Shown here: positions 1 to 10,654 of the stretch, piece after piece | Numbering within the stretch: the first letter of the stretch is position 1 | Layout of the letters: the number at the start of each line of letters is the position of its first letter | DNA from: Moraxella sp. | GTDB lineage: Bacteria > Pseudomonadota > Gammaproteobacteria > Pseudomonadales > Moraxellaceae | DNA: 64,000 nucleotides | NCBI GenBank assembly: GCA_030525825.1 | Contig: JAUNDZ010000006.1 | Coordinates: forward strand, 12,039-76,038 | Direction of reading: 5' to 3' | The notes under the pieces: generated by a model | What the model was told of the DNA's origin: nothing | What the model saw: only the letters and a program-made list of their open reading frames with translations | The model's database searches: none | Made by a program: the position numbers and the translations under genes

Positions 1-418
1 GCACACCACCGATTAAAAAACCTGTATCAATGCCAGCGTATTGTAAGACCCAAGACAGCATGGTCGTGGTCGTGGTCTTGCCATGCGTGCCTGCCACCGC
101 CAGCACATGACGGTACTGTAAGATATGCTCGGATAAGAACTGTGGCCCTGATGTGTAAGGCAAACGCTCGGTGAGCATGTATTCCACCGCTTGCATACCA
201 CGCTTGCAGACATTACCCACCACCACCAAATCAGGGGCGGGGTCAAGGTGGGATGCGTTATAGCCTTCCCAAATCTCAACGCCAGCTTGTTCAAGCTGTG
301 TACTCATGGGCGGATAGATGGCGGTATCCGAGCCCGTTACCGTATGCCCAAGCGAGCGAGCCAAGAGGGCAAGCGACCCCATAAAAGTCCCGCAGATACC
401 CAAAAAATGAATGTGCAT
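1..418 (-). CDS. mpl: Murein peptide ligase Mpl, 5' part (runs off the window edge)
   Basis: Not in the ORF track; my translation from ATG at 418 gives MHIHFLGICGTFMGSLALLARSLGHTVTGSD...VLAVAGTHGKTTTTTML, matching the Mpl N-terminus and P-loop. Confidence 0.9.
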   Translation of the reverse strand, partial: MHIHFLGICGTFMGSLALLARSLGHTVTGSDTAIYPPMSTQLEQAGVEIWEGYNASHLDPAPDLVVVGNVCKRGMQAVEYMLTERLPYTSGPQFLSEHILQYRHVLAVAGTHGKTTTTTMLSWVLQYAGIDTGFLIGGV

Positions 419-558
419 GATGATGCCTTCTAAAATCGTAACTGTGAATGGTGCAGATTATAGCAAATTTTGGCGGCGAAAGTTTTGTTATTTGTTATGA
501 CAATAAAAAAGCAAGCTAATGAGCCTGCTTTTTATGGTTGGGTTGGTGTAAAGCATTG

Positions 559-1059
559 TTAAGCACGATTTTTGACAATTTTGCTTAGCTGCATGAGTAA
601 AATCAGCCCAATCACGACAAACAAAATGAAAGTCTGCATGGGAATGGATAAACCCAAAAAAGTCCAATCAACCTCGGCACACTCGCCAGAGCCTTTTAAG
701 ACTTCTTCAAATACCTGCATGATGGGCAGTGTCTCCACCCAGTAGTTTAGCCCTGGACCGCAGGCGGGGACTTGGTCGGGAGGTAGGTGCTGAAGCCAGA
801 CATGGCGTGCTGCCACACCTGCACCCCATAGCGTACCGAGCAATGAGCCAAGCCACAGCACTAGGCGTGGTGCTTTGCCTTTGGGGTTAAAGATGAGTCC
901 AATCAGGGCAAAACCGCCCATCACCCAAAGTCCAATCCGCTGAAAGATGCACAAAGGGCAAGGCTCTAGCCCCAAGGTGTTTTGAAGGTAGCCGATGGCA
1001 AAAATACTGCCTACCACACAGATGGCGAGCAGTAGGGCGTTTAATTGACGATAAGTCAT
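559..1059 (-). CDS. dsbB: Disulfide bond formation protein B
   Basis: LEPCPLCIFQR motif, four TM segments, second Cys pair (PACGPG...GSGEC). Confidence 0.95.
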   Translation of the reverse strand: MTYRQLNALLLAICVVGSIFAIGYLQNTLGLEPCPLCIFQRIGLWVMGGFALIGLIFNPKGKAPRLVLWLGSLLGTLWGAGVAARHVWLQHLPPDQVPACGPGLNYWVETLPIMQVFEEVLKGSGECAEVDWTFLGLSIPMQTFILFVVIGLILLMQLSKIVKNRA

Positions 1060-1095
1060 AATATTCTCTAAAACTTCTTTGTATTAAGCGACTCA

Positions 1096-2655
1096 TCACT
1101 GACGATAAGCCTGAATGTATTCATAAAACGACACGCTGTCTGCCTGCTCAATGGCACTTTGTTCGGCGACAGAGTCGGTGGCAAGTTTGGCAAAATGGGC
1201 TTCGTGTTCTTGGCTTAGGGCGTATTTTCGCAAATCATTTTGGTGCTTTTTGGCAAGCAATTTGCCCAGCTCCCAAGTGCTGCCCAGACGGCGGCTATCC
1301 GCTTCGATTTGGGCAGAAAGCGTAAATTCTGGATTGGTCGCTTTGCCCTGCATCATCGCTAGGGCTTCACGGTAGGCGTTGCCACCATGATGATGGTCAA
1401 AGGCATCGGCGATGATTTGCATGTTGGTTAGGTGCTTGACAATCCAATCATGCAGATACATATCGCCTGCTTCGGTCTTAATCACCACCCCTGTGCTGCG
1501 ACCATGATTGACGACTGTATCAATGTTGGCTTGTAGGCGTTTTTCTTCGTCTTTATATAGGGCAGGCGAGTCAAGCAGCAGACAATAAATCGCCAGCACT
1601 TCTAAGAAACAAGCGGTCTGCATACGAATACCGATGTCGCTGTATGGGTCTAGGTCGATGGCACGAAATTCCACATAAGCAATGCCACGAGCGTCCAGAG
1701 CAGCGGTCGGTGTCTCGCCTGATTTGGTAACTTGTTTTGGACGAATTGGGCTATAAAATTCGTTTTCAATTTGTAGAATGTGGTCGTTGATTTGTAGGGG
1801 ATTGCCGTCCTTGTCGTCCACACCGATGGCACTAAAATCGCCAAATGGCGTACCAATGGCGGCACGCAGTCCTTTGATGTATTCGCCTAAGTCGTTGTAC
1901 TCGATGTTTAGGTCTTCTTGGACGCTGTTGGTGTAGCCTAATTTTCCCATGCGTAGGCTGGTGCCGTTCGGCTGATAATAAGTACAGCTACCATCCGACA
2001 GCGGCACAAGGCTGTGCTTGCGACCTTTGATGAATGATGCACACACCGCAGGGCTCGCCCCGAGCAGATACAACACCAGTGGGGTTAGGCGTTTAAAGTT
2101 ACGAATTAGGGCAAGGTATTTGTCATTTTTAAAGGCGGTAAAATCTCTCGTCTCATTTTGGGCATCAAACCAAGCCTTGAACAAATCATCGCCCACCGAC
2201 AGGTTGTAATGCAGCCCTGCAATGGTCTGCATCTTTCTGCCATAACGCACGCCAAGCCCCGAGCGGTATAGGGTTTTTAATTTGCCGATGTTGCTTTTGC
2301 CGTAGTCAGCCAGCGGAATGTCTTCGTCATTATCCGATGTCATACAAGGCATGGATAGTGGCCACATCAGTTCATCACCCAGCGAACGATGCACGAGTAC
2401 ATGCAGTTCTCTTAGCATGTCTAGGGCTTCTTTGATGGATGAAAATGGCTCGGTGATGAGTTCTAGCAGATTTTCAGAATAGTCGGTCGTGATGTATGGG
2501 TGGGTCAGCTTAGAGCCCAGCTCGGCAGGGTGTGGGGTCTTGGCGGCAAAGCCATCAGGACGCATCCGCAGCCCTTCTTTTTCGATGCCACGCTGCATAC
2601 CTGCGACCAAATCGGACGAAAACCAAGTTGGCAGGCGAAAAGTGTGAATTGTCAT
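1096..2655 (-). CDS. gshA: Glutamate--cysteine ligase
   Basis: RGIEKEGLR, THPYITTDYSENLLELITEP, LQIENEFYSPIRPK motifs; start placed at MTIHTF (2655) rather than 2820. Confidence 0.93.
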   Translation of the reverse strand: MTIHTFRLPTWFSSDLVAGMQRGIEKEGLRMRPDGFAAKTPHPAELGSKLTHPYITTDYSENLLELITEPFSSIKEALDMLRELHVLVHRSLGDELMWPLSMPCMTSDNDEDIPLADYGKSNIGKLKTLYRSGLGVRYGRKMQTIAGLHYNLSVGDDLFKAWFDAQNETRDFTAFKNDKYLALIRNFKRLTPLVLYLLGASPAVCASFIKGRKHSLVPLSDGSCTYYQPNGTSLRMGKLGYTNSVQEDLNIEYNDLGEYIKGLRAAIGTPFGDFSAIGVDDKDGNPLQINDHILQIENEFYSPIRPKQVTKSGETPTAALDARGIAYVEFRAIDLDPYSDIGIRMQTACFLEVLAIYCLLLDSPALYKDEEKRLQANIDTVVNHGRSTGVVIKTEAGDMYLHDWIVKHLTNMQIIADAFDHHHGGNAYREALAMMQGKATNPEFTLSAQIEADSRRLGSTWELGKLLAKKHQNDLRKYALSQEHEAHFAKLATDSVAEQSAIEQADSVSFYEYIQAYRQ

Positions 2656-2882
2656 AAAAAATCCTTGGGGTATTTTGTTGTATAAAATGTGCTTATTATA
2701 CGGCTTTTTTGTGTGTTTGGATTTGCCGATTTTGCATAACCATTGGCGGTTATGGCGGTCATCTGTGCGTATTATAAAGCGAAGGGCGTGTAATGGCAAA
2801 GAAAATCCTGTATTTGGCATTTTTTCATCACAAAAATTTTGCTATACTAAGGCGACAATCAATATGAATAAATAGGTGTATT

Positions 2883-4094
2883 ATGTCAAACTTTCTGCCC
2901 CCTGCCGAACAATTAGCACTATTAAAGCGTGGCGTGGTTGAACTGTATTCAGAAGAAGATTTATTAAAAAAACTCGCTTTGGGTCGCCCTTTGCGTATTA
3001 AGCTGGGCATGGACCCGACCGCCCCTGATTTGCATTTTGGGCATACGGTGGTATTAAATAAGCTGCGTGCTTTTCAGGATTTGGGGCATGAAGTTTTGTT
3101 CTTAATCGGTGATTATACCGCTCGCATTGGCGACCCCACAGGCAAGAACACCACTCGTCCGCCATTGTCCGAAGAAGATGTTCAGCGTAATGCCCAGACT
3201 TATGCCAAACAAGTCTTTAAAATCCTAGACCCTGCCAAGACCAAAATCGTCTTTAACTCCGAGTGGTTTTCCAAGATGTCGGCAGGCGATATGATTGGCT
3301 TGGCAAGTCAGCTGACTGTCTCTCGCATGCTTGAGCGAGACGACTTTGCCAAACGCTACGCCAGCCAAACGCCGATTGCCATTCACGAATTCTTGTACCC
3401 GCTCGTGCAAGGCTATGACAGCATCGCTCTTGATGCGGATGTGGAGATTGGCGGTACTGACCAGACCTTTAACCTACTCATGGGGCGGACTTTGCAGGGT
3501 CGCTACGGTAAAGAAGCTCAAGTGTGCCTGACCATGCCGCTACTAGAAGGCTTGGATGGCGTGCAAAAGATGTCCAAATCACTGGGCAACTACATTGGCA
3601 TCGATGAGCCTGCTGGCGTGATGTATCAAAAGATTCTCTCTATGCCTGATACCTTGATTGCTCGTTATTTTGAGCTTTTAAGTTTTAAGCCGATGAGTGA
3701 AGTAAACGCTTTGCTTGATGAGATGGCAAACGGTCGTAACCCCCAAGAGATCAAAAAAATCTTGGCGTATGAACTCATTGAACGCTTCCATGGCACAGCC
3801 GCCGCCGACAACGCTCATCGCTCGGCTGGCAACCGCCTAGCCGATGGTGAATTGCCCATTGATTTGCCAGAAGTGTCGCTGAATTTGGCAGATGGTCAGG
3901 ATAAGCTGTTTATCGCCCAAATTCTAAACCAAGCAGGTCTGGTAAAAAATTCAGCACAAGCCAAAGATGCCATTAAGAACAATTCTGTCAAGGTCGATGG
4001 GCAGGTGGTGGACGCATCTTTTGCCCTAGAACAAGGACAAACAGTGGTCATTCAAGCAGGTAAAAAGGCGTATGCTAGGGTGAATGTGGTTTAA
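2883..4094 (+). CDS. tyrS: Tyrosine--tRNA ligase
   Basis: [11 protein letters not shown] (HIGH) and KMSKS motifs, C-terminal S4 domain. Confidence 0.97.
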   Translation: MSNFLPPAEQLALLKRGVVELYSEEDLLKKLALGRPLRIKLGMDPTAPDLHFGHTVVLNKLRAFQDLGHEVLFLIGDYTARIGDPTGKNTTRPPLSEEDVQRNAQTYAKQVFKILDPAKTKIVFNSEWFSKMSAGDMIGLASQLTVSRMLERDDFAKRYASQTPIAIHEFLYPLVQGYDSIALDADVEIGGTDQTFNLLMGRTLQGRYGKEAQVCLTMPLLEGLDGVQKMSKSLGNYIGIDEPAGVMYQKILSMPDTLIARYFELLSFKPMSEVNALLDEMANGRNPQEIKKILAYELIERFHGTAAADNAHRSAGNRLADGELPIDLPEVSLNLADGQDKLFIAQILNQAGLVKNSAQAKDAIKNNSVKVDGQVVDASFALEQGQTVVIQAGKKAYARVNVV

Positions 4095-4144
4095 CCTTAA
4101 AGCGATTGCAAAAGTATAAGACCACTCAAAAAGACAAAAACCTT

Positions 4145-4774
4145 ATGAAAAAAATCTACCTAATCCGCCACGCCCAAAGTGAATCTAACGCTCGTCTTGC
4201 CATTCGCCCTAATCCTGTGATTAACTTAACCGATGCAGGCAGGGCGGAGGCTGTCGAGCTGTCGGACTGGCTACATGAGTATGTACCGCACATTGACGGG
4301 GTGTTTACTTCTCACTATGTGCGTACCGCCCAGACCGCTGAGCCGTATTTGACAGCGACAGGGCGGACAGCGAGTGTGATTGAAGCGTTGCATGAGTTTG
4401 ATTATTTGGATTTTGAGCGTATCAAGAACTTGTCTTTTGAGGATTTGATTGCCACAGCAGAGGATTTTTGGCAGCAGGGCGACACCACCCATCAAGACGG
4501 CACCGCCAGCGACAGCTTTGAGCGTTTTGTGGGGCGTGTGCGTCAGGTGCGTCAGATGTTCGATGAGTTGCCTGATGGTAATTATGTGGTGTTTACGCAT
4601 GGCATGTGGATTGGTATGCTCATGTGGCAAATTTTGCATGGTGATGGCGACCGCATGATGGACATGCCCGCCTTTCGTGCTTATGAGCTTGCTATCCGCC
4701 CAAAAAACTGCGAAGTCTATCTACTCACCGATGCCCTAGGCACACAGACGGTGGCAAAGGTACGAGTACGATGA
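4145..4774 (+). CDS. Histidine phosphatase family protein
   Basis: IYLIRHAQS (RHG-like) and VFTHG motifs; start at MKKIYL. Confidence 0.85.
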   Translation: MKKIYLIRHAQSESNARLAIRPNPVINLTDAGRAEAVELSDWLHEYVPHIDGVFTSHYVRTAQTAEPYLTATGRTASVIEALHEFDYLDFERIKNLSFEDLIATAEDFWQQGDTTHQDGTASDSFERFVGRVRQVRQMFDELPDGNYVVFTHGMWIGMLMWQILHGDGDRMMDMPAFRAYELAIRPKNCEVYLLTDALGTQTVAKVRVR

Positions 4775-5016
4775 GCCAAGCAATCCACCCAAAACAAGGT
4801 ATCTACCGCCACTACAAAGGCAATCTTTACCAAGTGCTACACACCGCCCGCCACAGCGAGACAGGCGAAATGCTGGTCGTCTATCGAGCTTTATATGGCG
4901 ACCCAAATGACGGCGGTTGGGGCGTGTGGGTGCGACCTTTGACGATGTTTGTAGAACAGGTGGCAACAGATGGGCAAAGTGTGCCTAGATTTGAGCTGAT
5001 TAAGGAATTAACATGA
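4771..5016 (+). CDS. DUF1653 family protein
   Basis: [13 protein letters not shown]...[15 protein letters not shown]...WVRPL.MF signature; ATGA overlap with upstream gene. Confidence 0.85.
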   Translation: MSQAIHPKQGIYRHYKGNLYQVLHTARHSETGEMLVVYRALYGDPNDGGWGVWVRPLTMFVEQVATDGQSVPRFELIKELT

Positions 5017-5411
5017 CTGATTTTAGTATCACCGACCTTGCCCTAGGTACAGGTAAAGCTGCCGAACGGGGAGCGTTAATTACCGCTCATTATACAGGCT
5101 ATCTGGCGGATGGTACGGTGTTTGACAGCTCGGTACAAAAGGGCGTGGCATTTGAGTGTGTCATCGGCACAGGGCGTGTGATTAAGGGCTGGGATTTGGG
5201 TGTGCTGGGCAGCGAGATTGGCAAAAAGCTGTTGGATAAATGGGGCTTGACCTTTGATTTGCCCGACTTTCCCCCGATGAAAGTGGGCGGAAGGCGACAG
5301 CTGATTGTCCCTGCTTATCTTGGTTATGGTGAGCGAGCAGTGGGCAAAATTCCGCCAAACAGCGATTTGACCTTTGAGATTGAGCTATTAGAAGTCAAAA
5401 CACGAGACTAA
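5013..5411 (+). CDS. FKBP-type peptidyl-prolyl isomerase
   Basis: [51 protein letters not shown]. Confidence 0.92.
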   Translation: MTDFSITDLALGTGKAAERGALITAHYTGYLADGTVFDSSVQKGVAFECVIGTGRVIKGWDLGVLGSEIGKKLLDKWGLTFDLPDFPPMKVGGRRQLIVPAYLGYGERAVGKIPPNSDLTFEIELLEVKTRD

Positions 5412-5414
5412 TCA

Positions 5415-5663
5415 CTAAAATTCAAGCTGCACCGCTTCCCAAAAATCCAGCTCGCCTTGTCTTTTTTGTTGTCTGGCTTCTTGCAGTCGTTTTTGTCGTT
5501 TGGTGATGCGTATTAAAATCTTGTGCTTGTCGTCATCGCTGAGCGTGTGCCATGTCTGGCGTTCGCTGCGATTGCGTAAGCAACCGATGCAGTAGCCTTT
5601 TTTGTTCATCGTGCAGACACCGATGCAAGGGGTGTCGATGGCGAACAGCTCAAATTGCGACAT
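5415..5663 (-). CDS. DUF1289 family small Cys-rich protein
   Basis: TPCIGVC...CIGCLR...ER..W pattern. Confidence 0.8.
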   Translation of the reverse strand: MSQFELFAIDTPCIGVCTMNKKGYCIGCLRNRSERQTWHTLSDDDKHKILIRITKRQKRLQEARQQKRQGELDFWEAVQLEF

Positions 5664-5749
5664 AATGGCGTATCAAAAATTCATTTAAGGATTACTATAA
5701 TAATTTTTTGCTGTTTTATCAATACTTTAATACCAATTTGGATAAATTT

Positions 5750-6352
5750 ATGACCATCATCTATCTGCACGGACTAGATGGCGACCCCAACGCCAACAAA
5801 GCCATCATCACTGCCGACCATGCCGACACGCTGGGCATCACGACCATTCGCCCTGATTTAAACTGCCCACCCGATGAAGTGGTGGACAAGCTATTAACAC
5901 TCATCAAGGACAATCCTGATTGTGTGCTGATCGGCTCATCATTAGGCGGTTACTTTGCCACGCTGTTATCCGACATGACGGGTGTGCCTTGTGTGTTGTT
6001 AAACCCCAGCATTCGCCCTGATGTGTCGTTTCGGCGGTTTTTAAATGATCAATTTGCTGGGCAGATGCTGCCCGATGAGACGGTGATTTATCGTACGACA
6101 GGGGGCTGGGACATTCAATATCGTGATTTGGCGTGGTTTGAAAATCATCGCTTAACCATCAAAAACCCTAATAAAATCAAAGTGCTACTAAAACTGGGTG
6201 ATGAGCTATTAGACGCTCATGCCACCCAAAACTTTTATGAAAGTCATGGGGCGGCAGTCATTGCCCAAGCAGGCGGCGACCACCGCATGAGTGATTATGC
6301 AGAGCAGGTGGTACAGGTCGTGGCGTGGGCAGATGAGCTGGCATCGGTGTGA
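5750..6352 (+). CDS. yqiA: YqiA/YcfP family alpha/beta hydrolase (esterase)
   Basis: IIYLHG, GSSLGG nucleophile elbow, LLNP, GDE, GGDH motifs; lies near parE as in other gammaproteobacteria. Confidence 0.8.
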   Translation: MTIIYLHGLDGDPNANKAIITADHADTLGITTIRPDLNCPPDEVVDKLLTLIKDNPDCVLIGSSLGGYFATLLSDMTGVPCVLLNPSIRPDVSFRRFLNDQFAGQMLPDETVIYRTTGGWDIQYRDLAWFENHRLTIKNPNKIKVLLKLGDELLDAHATQNFYESHGAAVIAQAGGDHRMSDYAEQVVQVVAWADELASV

Positions 6353-6385
6353 TTGGCATGGTCGATTAAGACAGGCTTGGTTGAT

Positions 6386-7593
6386 TTATCGCTGCTTATC
6401 CAAACGCATCGATACCGCATAAACCATCATCGCAAGCACCACCACACACGCTCCCACATGACCGATGTGGCTAAGCCCAAGCGATGACTGAGCGATGATA
6501 AGACCGCCCAAAAACGCCCCACCGCCAATGCCAATATTATAAATCCCCGAAAACAGGCTCATGGCGACATCGGTGTACTGTGGGGCAAGTTTTAGGGTTC
6601 GAAGCTGTAATACCAGACTGACCGCCGTCATGCTCACACCCCATACCACCGCCAGAGTCGTCCATGCAGACAGATGACCTGACAGGGCGGTCATGAGCGA
6701 TAGACTGACAAATACACCCACCAAAGCCGCCCACAAAATCCCGTCTCACATCGTCCATAAAGCCGTCCAAACAGCACGCTTGCCAAAATGCCCGCCAGCC
6801 CAAAGATGAATAACACGATGGTGGCATAGCTTGGGTTAAACTCATTGATGGTGAGTACAAATGGCTCAATGTAGCTGTACGCCGTAAAATGTGCCGTTAC
6901 CGTCAGGGCAATCATAAGATACACAGTGATAAGTGCCTTATTCTTAAAGATGGCAGGCAGGCTCGATAAATCGCCCACATTGCGACTTGGCAGTTTTGGC
7001 AACAGATACCACAGCAGAATCATGATGGCAAAGGCAACCCCACCAATCGCCCCAAAGGTCGTCCGCCAGTCCAAATACTGCCCTAATATCCGACCAAGTG
7101 GCAGCCCAAGCACGGTCGCCAGTGCCGAGCCTGTGGCAAGCAGACCCAGTGCCATCGTCTGTTTGCCTTTTGGAGCGACTCGCACCACAAGACTTGCCGT
7201 GATTGACCAAAACACCGCATGAGACAAAGCCATACCTGCCCGAGCAACGAGCAGCATCCCAAAACTTGTGGCAAGCACGGTCATGATGTGGCTTGTGATG
7301 AATACCCCAAACAATCCCATGAGTAGTTTTTTGCGTTCTATCTTGGCGGTGGCAAGCATGGCAGGCAGCGACAGGCACGCCACAATCCATGCGTACACTG
7401 TCATCATCACGCCCACTTTGTGAGCAGGCATATCAAAACTTAGCCCAATGTCCAAGAGCAAGGCGACAGGGACGAACTCGGTGGTATTAAAAATAAACGC
7501 AGACAAGGCAAGGGCAATCACTCGCAAGGTGCGAATGCGATCAGCGTGTAGGCTTGGGCGGTGGTGTGATGCGTGGGGTTTAGATGGGTTCAT
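6386..7593 (-). pseudogene. sotB: SotB/YdeA-type MFS sugar efflux transporter, frameshifted (or sequencing error)
   Basis: Two overlapping ORFs (6691-7593, 6386-6736) carry the N-part ([11 protein letters not shown]) and C-part (SGIYNIGIGGGA) of one MFS; adding one base to the A4 run at 6735-6738 restores a 402-aa frame. Confidence 0.8.
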
Positions 7594-7701
7594 GATTTGT
7601 GTGTAAAGTGCGTATTATAACACAGTTGGTACACGGGCAATCGGATATATGCTGCTAAGCCCAAAAATCGACCCTATTGGACATAAAAGAGAACACCTCA
7701 G

Positions 7702-7809
7702 TTTCAACTTCAAATCATAAGTTGTTGATTATAAATGATTTTAATTTTTGGTTGTAGGGGTGGATGATATTCGCTTTGATAAAAATCAACTACTGAACCA
7801 AAGTTGAAA
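7702..7809. repeat. Degenerate REP-containing intergenic element bounded by inverted repeats
   Basis: TTTCAACTT...AAGTTGAAA ends; internal GTAGGGGTGGATGATATTCGCTTTG; aligns by eye with 17756-17835. Confidence 0.6.
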
Positions 7810-7902
7810 ATGGGGCAGGGCATGCAAATTTTCAATCACGGCAAATTTAAATTATCCCCAAAATCGGTTACAATACACCAAATTTTAAAAACATCATAAA
7901 CC

Positions 7903-9795
7903 ATGACAACCTACACCACCCAAAACCTAGAAGTCCTAGAAGGGCTAGAACCTGTCCGCCGTCGTCCTGGTATGTACACCGACACCACTCGCCCCAATCA
8001 TTTGGCGGCAGAGGTCATCGACAACTCGGTGGACGAGGCTCTGGCAGGATATGCCAAGCACATTACGGTAACTTTGCACGCTGATGGCTCGCTGTCGGTG
8101 CTGGACGATGGGCGAGGTATGCCCACCGACATTCACCCTGAGTTTGGGCAGTCGGGCGTGGAGCTTATCCTAACTCGCCTACACGCAGGGGGTAAGTTTT
8201 CCACCGATAACTATGCCATCTCTGGCGGTCTGCATGGCGTGGGTATCAGCGTAGTCAATGCCTTATCAAGCCGAGTGGAGGTCATCGTTTGGCGAGATGG
8301 CGTAGAGTATCAGATGGATTTTGAACATGGCGTGCCTACCACCGCTCTTAAATCTGCCCCCGCCCCTAACAAGAAAAAACGAGGCACGCAGGTGCGTTTT
8401 TGGGTGGAGGGCAAATATTTTGACAATCCCAAATTTGCCATCAAAGCCCTAAAACACACCCTAAAAGCCAAAGCGGTCTTGTCCGCAGGGCTAAAAATCG
8501 ACTTTGTGAGTGAGATTGAGCCTGCCGACAGCGAGTCTTGGCAGTATAGCGATGGCGTGGTGCAGTATCTGACTGATGAGCTTGGCGATTTGGCGACCAT
8601 ACCTGATGCTCCTTTTTATTTTAGCAAAGAGCCAGCGACAGGCGAGCGGGGTGGGGCGAGCTTTGCCATCGCTTGGCTACCTGATGGTGGCACACCCATC
8701 ACGGAAAGCTATGTCAATTTGATTCCCACCGCACAAGGTGGCACCCATGTCAATGGACTGCGTACAGGCATCACCGATGCACTTAGAGAGTTCTGTGAAA
8801 TTCACAATCTACTGCCCAGAAATGTCCGCTTGACGGCTGATGATGTTTGGGACGGGGTGTGTTATATTTTATCCTTAAAATTTGCCGAGCCACAGTTTAG
8901 CGGTCAGACCAAAGAACGCCTATCAAGCCGTGAAGCGTCCCCACTTGTGCAGACGCTTGCCAAAGATGCGTTCAGTCTGTGGCTAAATGCCCACCCAGAT
9001 ACCGCCAAAGCCATTGCCGAGCTTGCCATCACCAAAGCAGGCAAACGCCTAAAATCCGCCCAAAAAGTCGCTCGTAAAAAAATCAATCAAGGTCCTGCCT
9101 TACCCGGTAAATTGGCGGACTGTAAGGGCGAATTTAAGGACGGAGCAGAGCTGTTTTTGGTGGAAGGCGACAGTGCAGGCGGGTCAGCCAAACAAGCCCG
9201 AGACCGCCATTTTCAGGCGATATTACCTTTGCGTGGTAAAATCCTAAACACTTGGGAAGTGTCGCATGATACGGTGCTGTCTAGCCAAGAGATTCACGAT
9301 ATTGCCATCGCCATCGGTGTTGATCCAGCCAGCGATGACTTATCCGAGCTTAGATATGACAAAATCTGTATCCTGGCGGACGCTGATTCTGATGGCTTGC
9401 ACATTGCCACGCTCATCTGTGCGTTATTTGTCAAGCATTTTCGTGCATTGGTCGAATCAGGGCATTTGTTTGTCGCCATGCCACCTTTGTACCGTATTGA
9501 CATCGGCAAAGAAGTACATTATGCCTTGGATAATGATGAGCTAGACAGCATTTTAAAGAATACCAAAGCCAAAGGCAAAGCCCAAATCACTCGCTTTAAA
9601 GGCTTGGGCGAGATGGACCCTGACCATCTGCGAGAGACCACCATGCACCCTGATACTCGCCGTCTGGTTCAGCTTGACATTGATGACTTTGCCCAAACCA
9701 GTAGCGTGATGGATATGTTATTGGCAAAAAAACGCTCGTCCGACCGCAAGGCATGGCTTGAACATAAGGGCGATTTGGCGGATTTGGCGGTGTGA
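7903..9795 (+). CDS. parE: DNA topoisomerase IV subunit B
   Basis: LEPVRRRPGMYTDTTRPNHL, EGDSAGGSAKQAR, PLRGKILNTWEV, DADSDGLHI; 630 aa. Confidence 0.97.
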   Translation: MTTYTTQNLEVLEGLEPVRRRPGMYTDTTRPNHLAAEVIDNSVDEALAGYAKHITVTLHADGSLSVLDDGRGMPTDIHPEFGQSGVELILTRLHAGGKFSTDNYAISGGLHGVGISVVNALSSRVEVIVWRDGVEYQMDFEHGVPTTALKSAPAPNKKKRGTQVRFWVEGKYFDNPKFAIKALKHTLKAKAVLSAGLKIDFVSEIEPADSESWQYSDGVVQYLTDELGDLATIPDAPFYFSKEPATGERGGASFAIAWLPDGGTPITESYVNLIPTAQGGTHVNGLRTGITDALREFCEIHNLLPRNVRLTADDVWDGVCYILSLKFAEPQFSGQTKERLSSREASPLVQTLAKDAFSLWLNAHPDTAKAIAELAITKAGKRLKSAQKVARKKINQGPALPGKLADCKGEFKDGAELFLVEGDSAGGSAKQARDRHFQAILPLRGKILNTWEVSHDTVLSSQEIHDIAIAIGVDPASDDLSELRYDKICILADADSDGLHIATLICALFVKHFRALVESGHLFVAMPPLYRIDIGKEVHYALDNDELDSILKNTKAKGKAQITRFKGLGEMDPDHLRETTMHPDTRRLVQLDIDDFAQTSSVMDMLLAKKRSSDRKAWLEHKGDLADLAV

Positions 9796-9913
9796 TGTGT
9801 CCGTATGGTGTTTTTACAATAATAATACATTTGTAAACTCAAAGATGGATTACCATACAGCTTAGTTGCCATGACAGCTGATGAGCTGCGTGGCGTTTTT
9901 GACAGGAGTTTTT

Positions 9914-10591
9914 ATGAAAAAATTGCTATTAACTTCGGCATTGGGCGGTGTGATGCTCACAGGCTGTGCCACTTCATCTTTGCTGACTGATAAGGCAGCA
10001 CAGACCCAAAGCCAAAAGACCACGCTAATTAGCGACCGCGTTGTGGCGTTCGGTAGCCCTGCGGTCAATTCGGGCATTGCCAGTGATTCGGTGGTCATCG
10101 TTGGTGAACAGCAAAGCTATGTGCTGACCGATGGCGGTAGCAAACTTGTCAATCTGCTGACCAAATTAGAGCCAAAGAACATCACCGTGGATAACGATTT
10201 GGCATTTCATTCTGCCAATGATGGTAAATTTGGCGGTACGATGAAGCTGTCGTATGCCCGTTTAAAAGACGAATTTTCTCGTACGGATTTGCAGTTTTTT
10301 ATCCAAAATGGGGCAAGGGAATGCACGAGCGACAGCGACACACGCATGAGCGCTCAGCGGTTCTGTTTTGATGTGCCGTTAAAGGGTGTGGTCTATCCAA
10401 AAGTGAGCAACTTTGATTTGGTGCGTTCGCAGTTTCGTCCGCTGACTCGCCCATACAGCGTAACGATTTATACCACCACACAAAGCACCACCGACCAAAA
10501 ACGCTCAGGGGCGGAGAAATTGGTGCTACTGCCTTTTGCCCTTGCGTTTGATGTCGTTACCCTGCCTGTGCAGGTGCTTAGTGCATTATAA
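9914..10591 (+). CDS. Lipoprotein of unknown function
   Basis: RBS AGGAG, lipobox MKKLLLTSALGGVMLTGC, hydrophobic C-terminal LPFALAFDVVTLP. Confidence 0.8.
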   Translation: MKKLLLTSALGGVMLTGCATSSLLTDKAAQTQSQKTTLISDRVVAFGSPAVNSGIASDSVVIVGEQQSYVLTDGGSKLVNLLTKLEPKNITVDNDLAFHSANDGKFGGTMKLSYARLKDEFSRTDLQFFIQNGARECTSDSDTRMSAQRFCFDVPLKGVVYPKVSNFDLVRSQFRPLTRPYSVTIYTTTQSTTDQKRSGAEKLVLLPFALAFDVVTLPVQVLSAL

Positions 10592-10608
10592 GACCATCGG
10601 TCGCAAGT

Positions 10609-10636
10609 AAAAAACCCTACAAAAAGTAGGGTTTTT
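10609..10636. terminator. Bidirectional intrinsic terminator
   Basis: AAAAACCCTAC-AAAAA-GTAGGGTTTTT between convergent genes. Confidence 0.75.
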
Positions 10637-10654
10637 GTGCTAATAGGGTCATCA

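Noticed and set aside
13-433. ORF-track calls 13-294 (-) and 191-433 (+)
   Set aside because: Shadow frames of the partial mpl gene
2656-2820. N-terminal extension of gshA given by the ORF track (similar over-extensions for comEA, panC, hslO, aroE, both ACADs and the DegP-family gene)
   Set aside because: The extensions run through AT-rich promoter DNA or the upstream gene; family-like sequence begins at downstream Met codons
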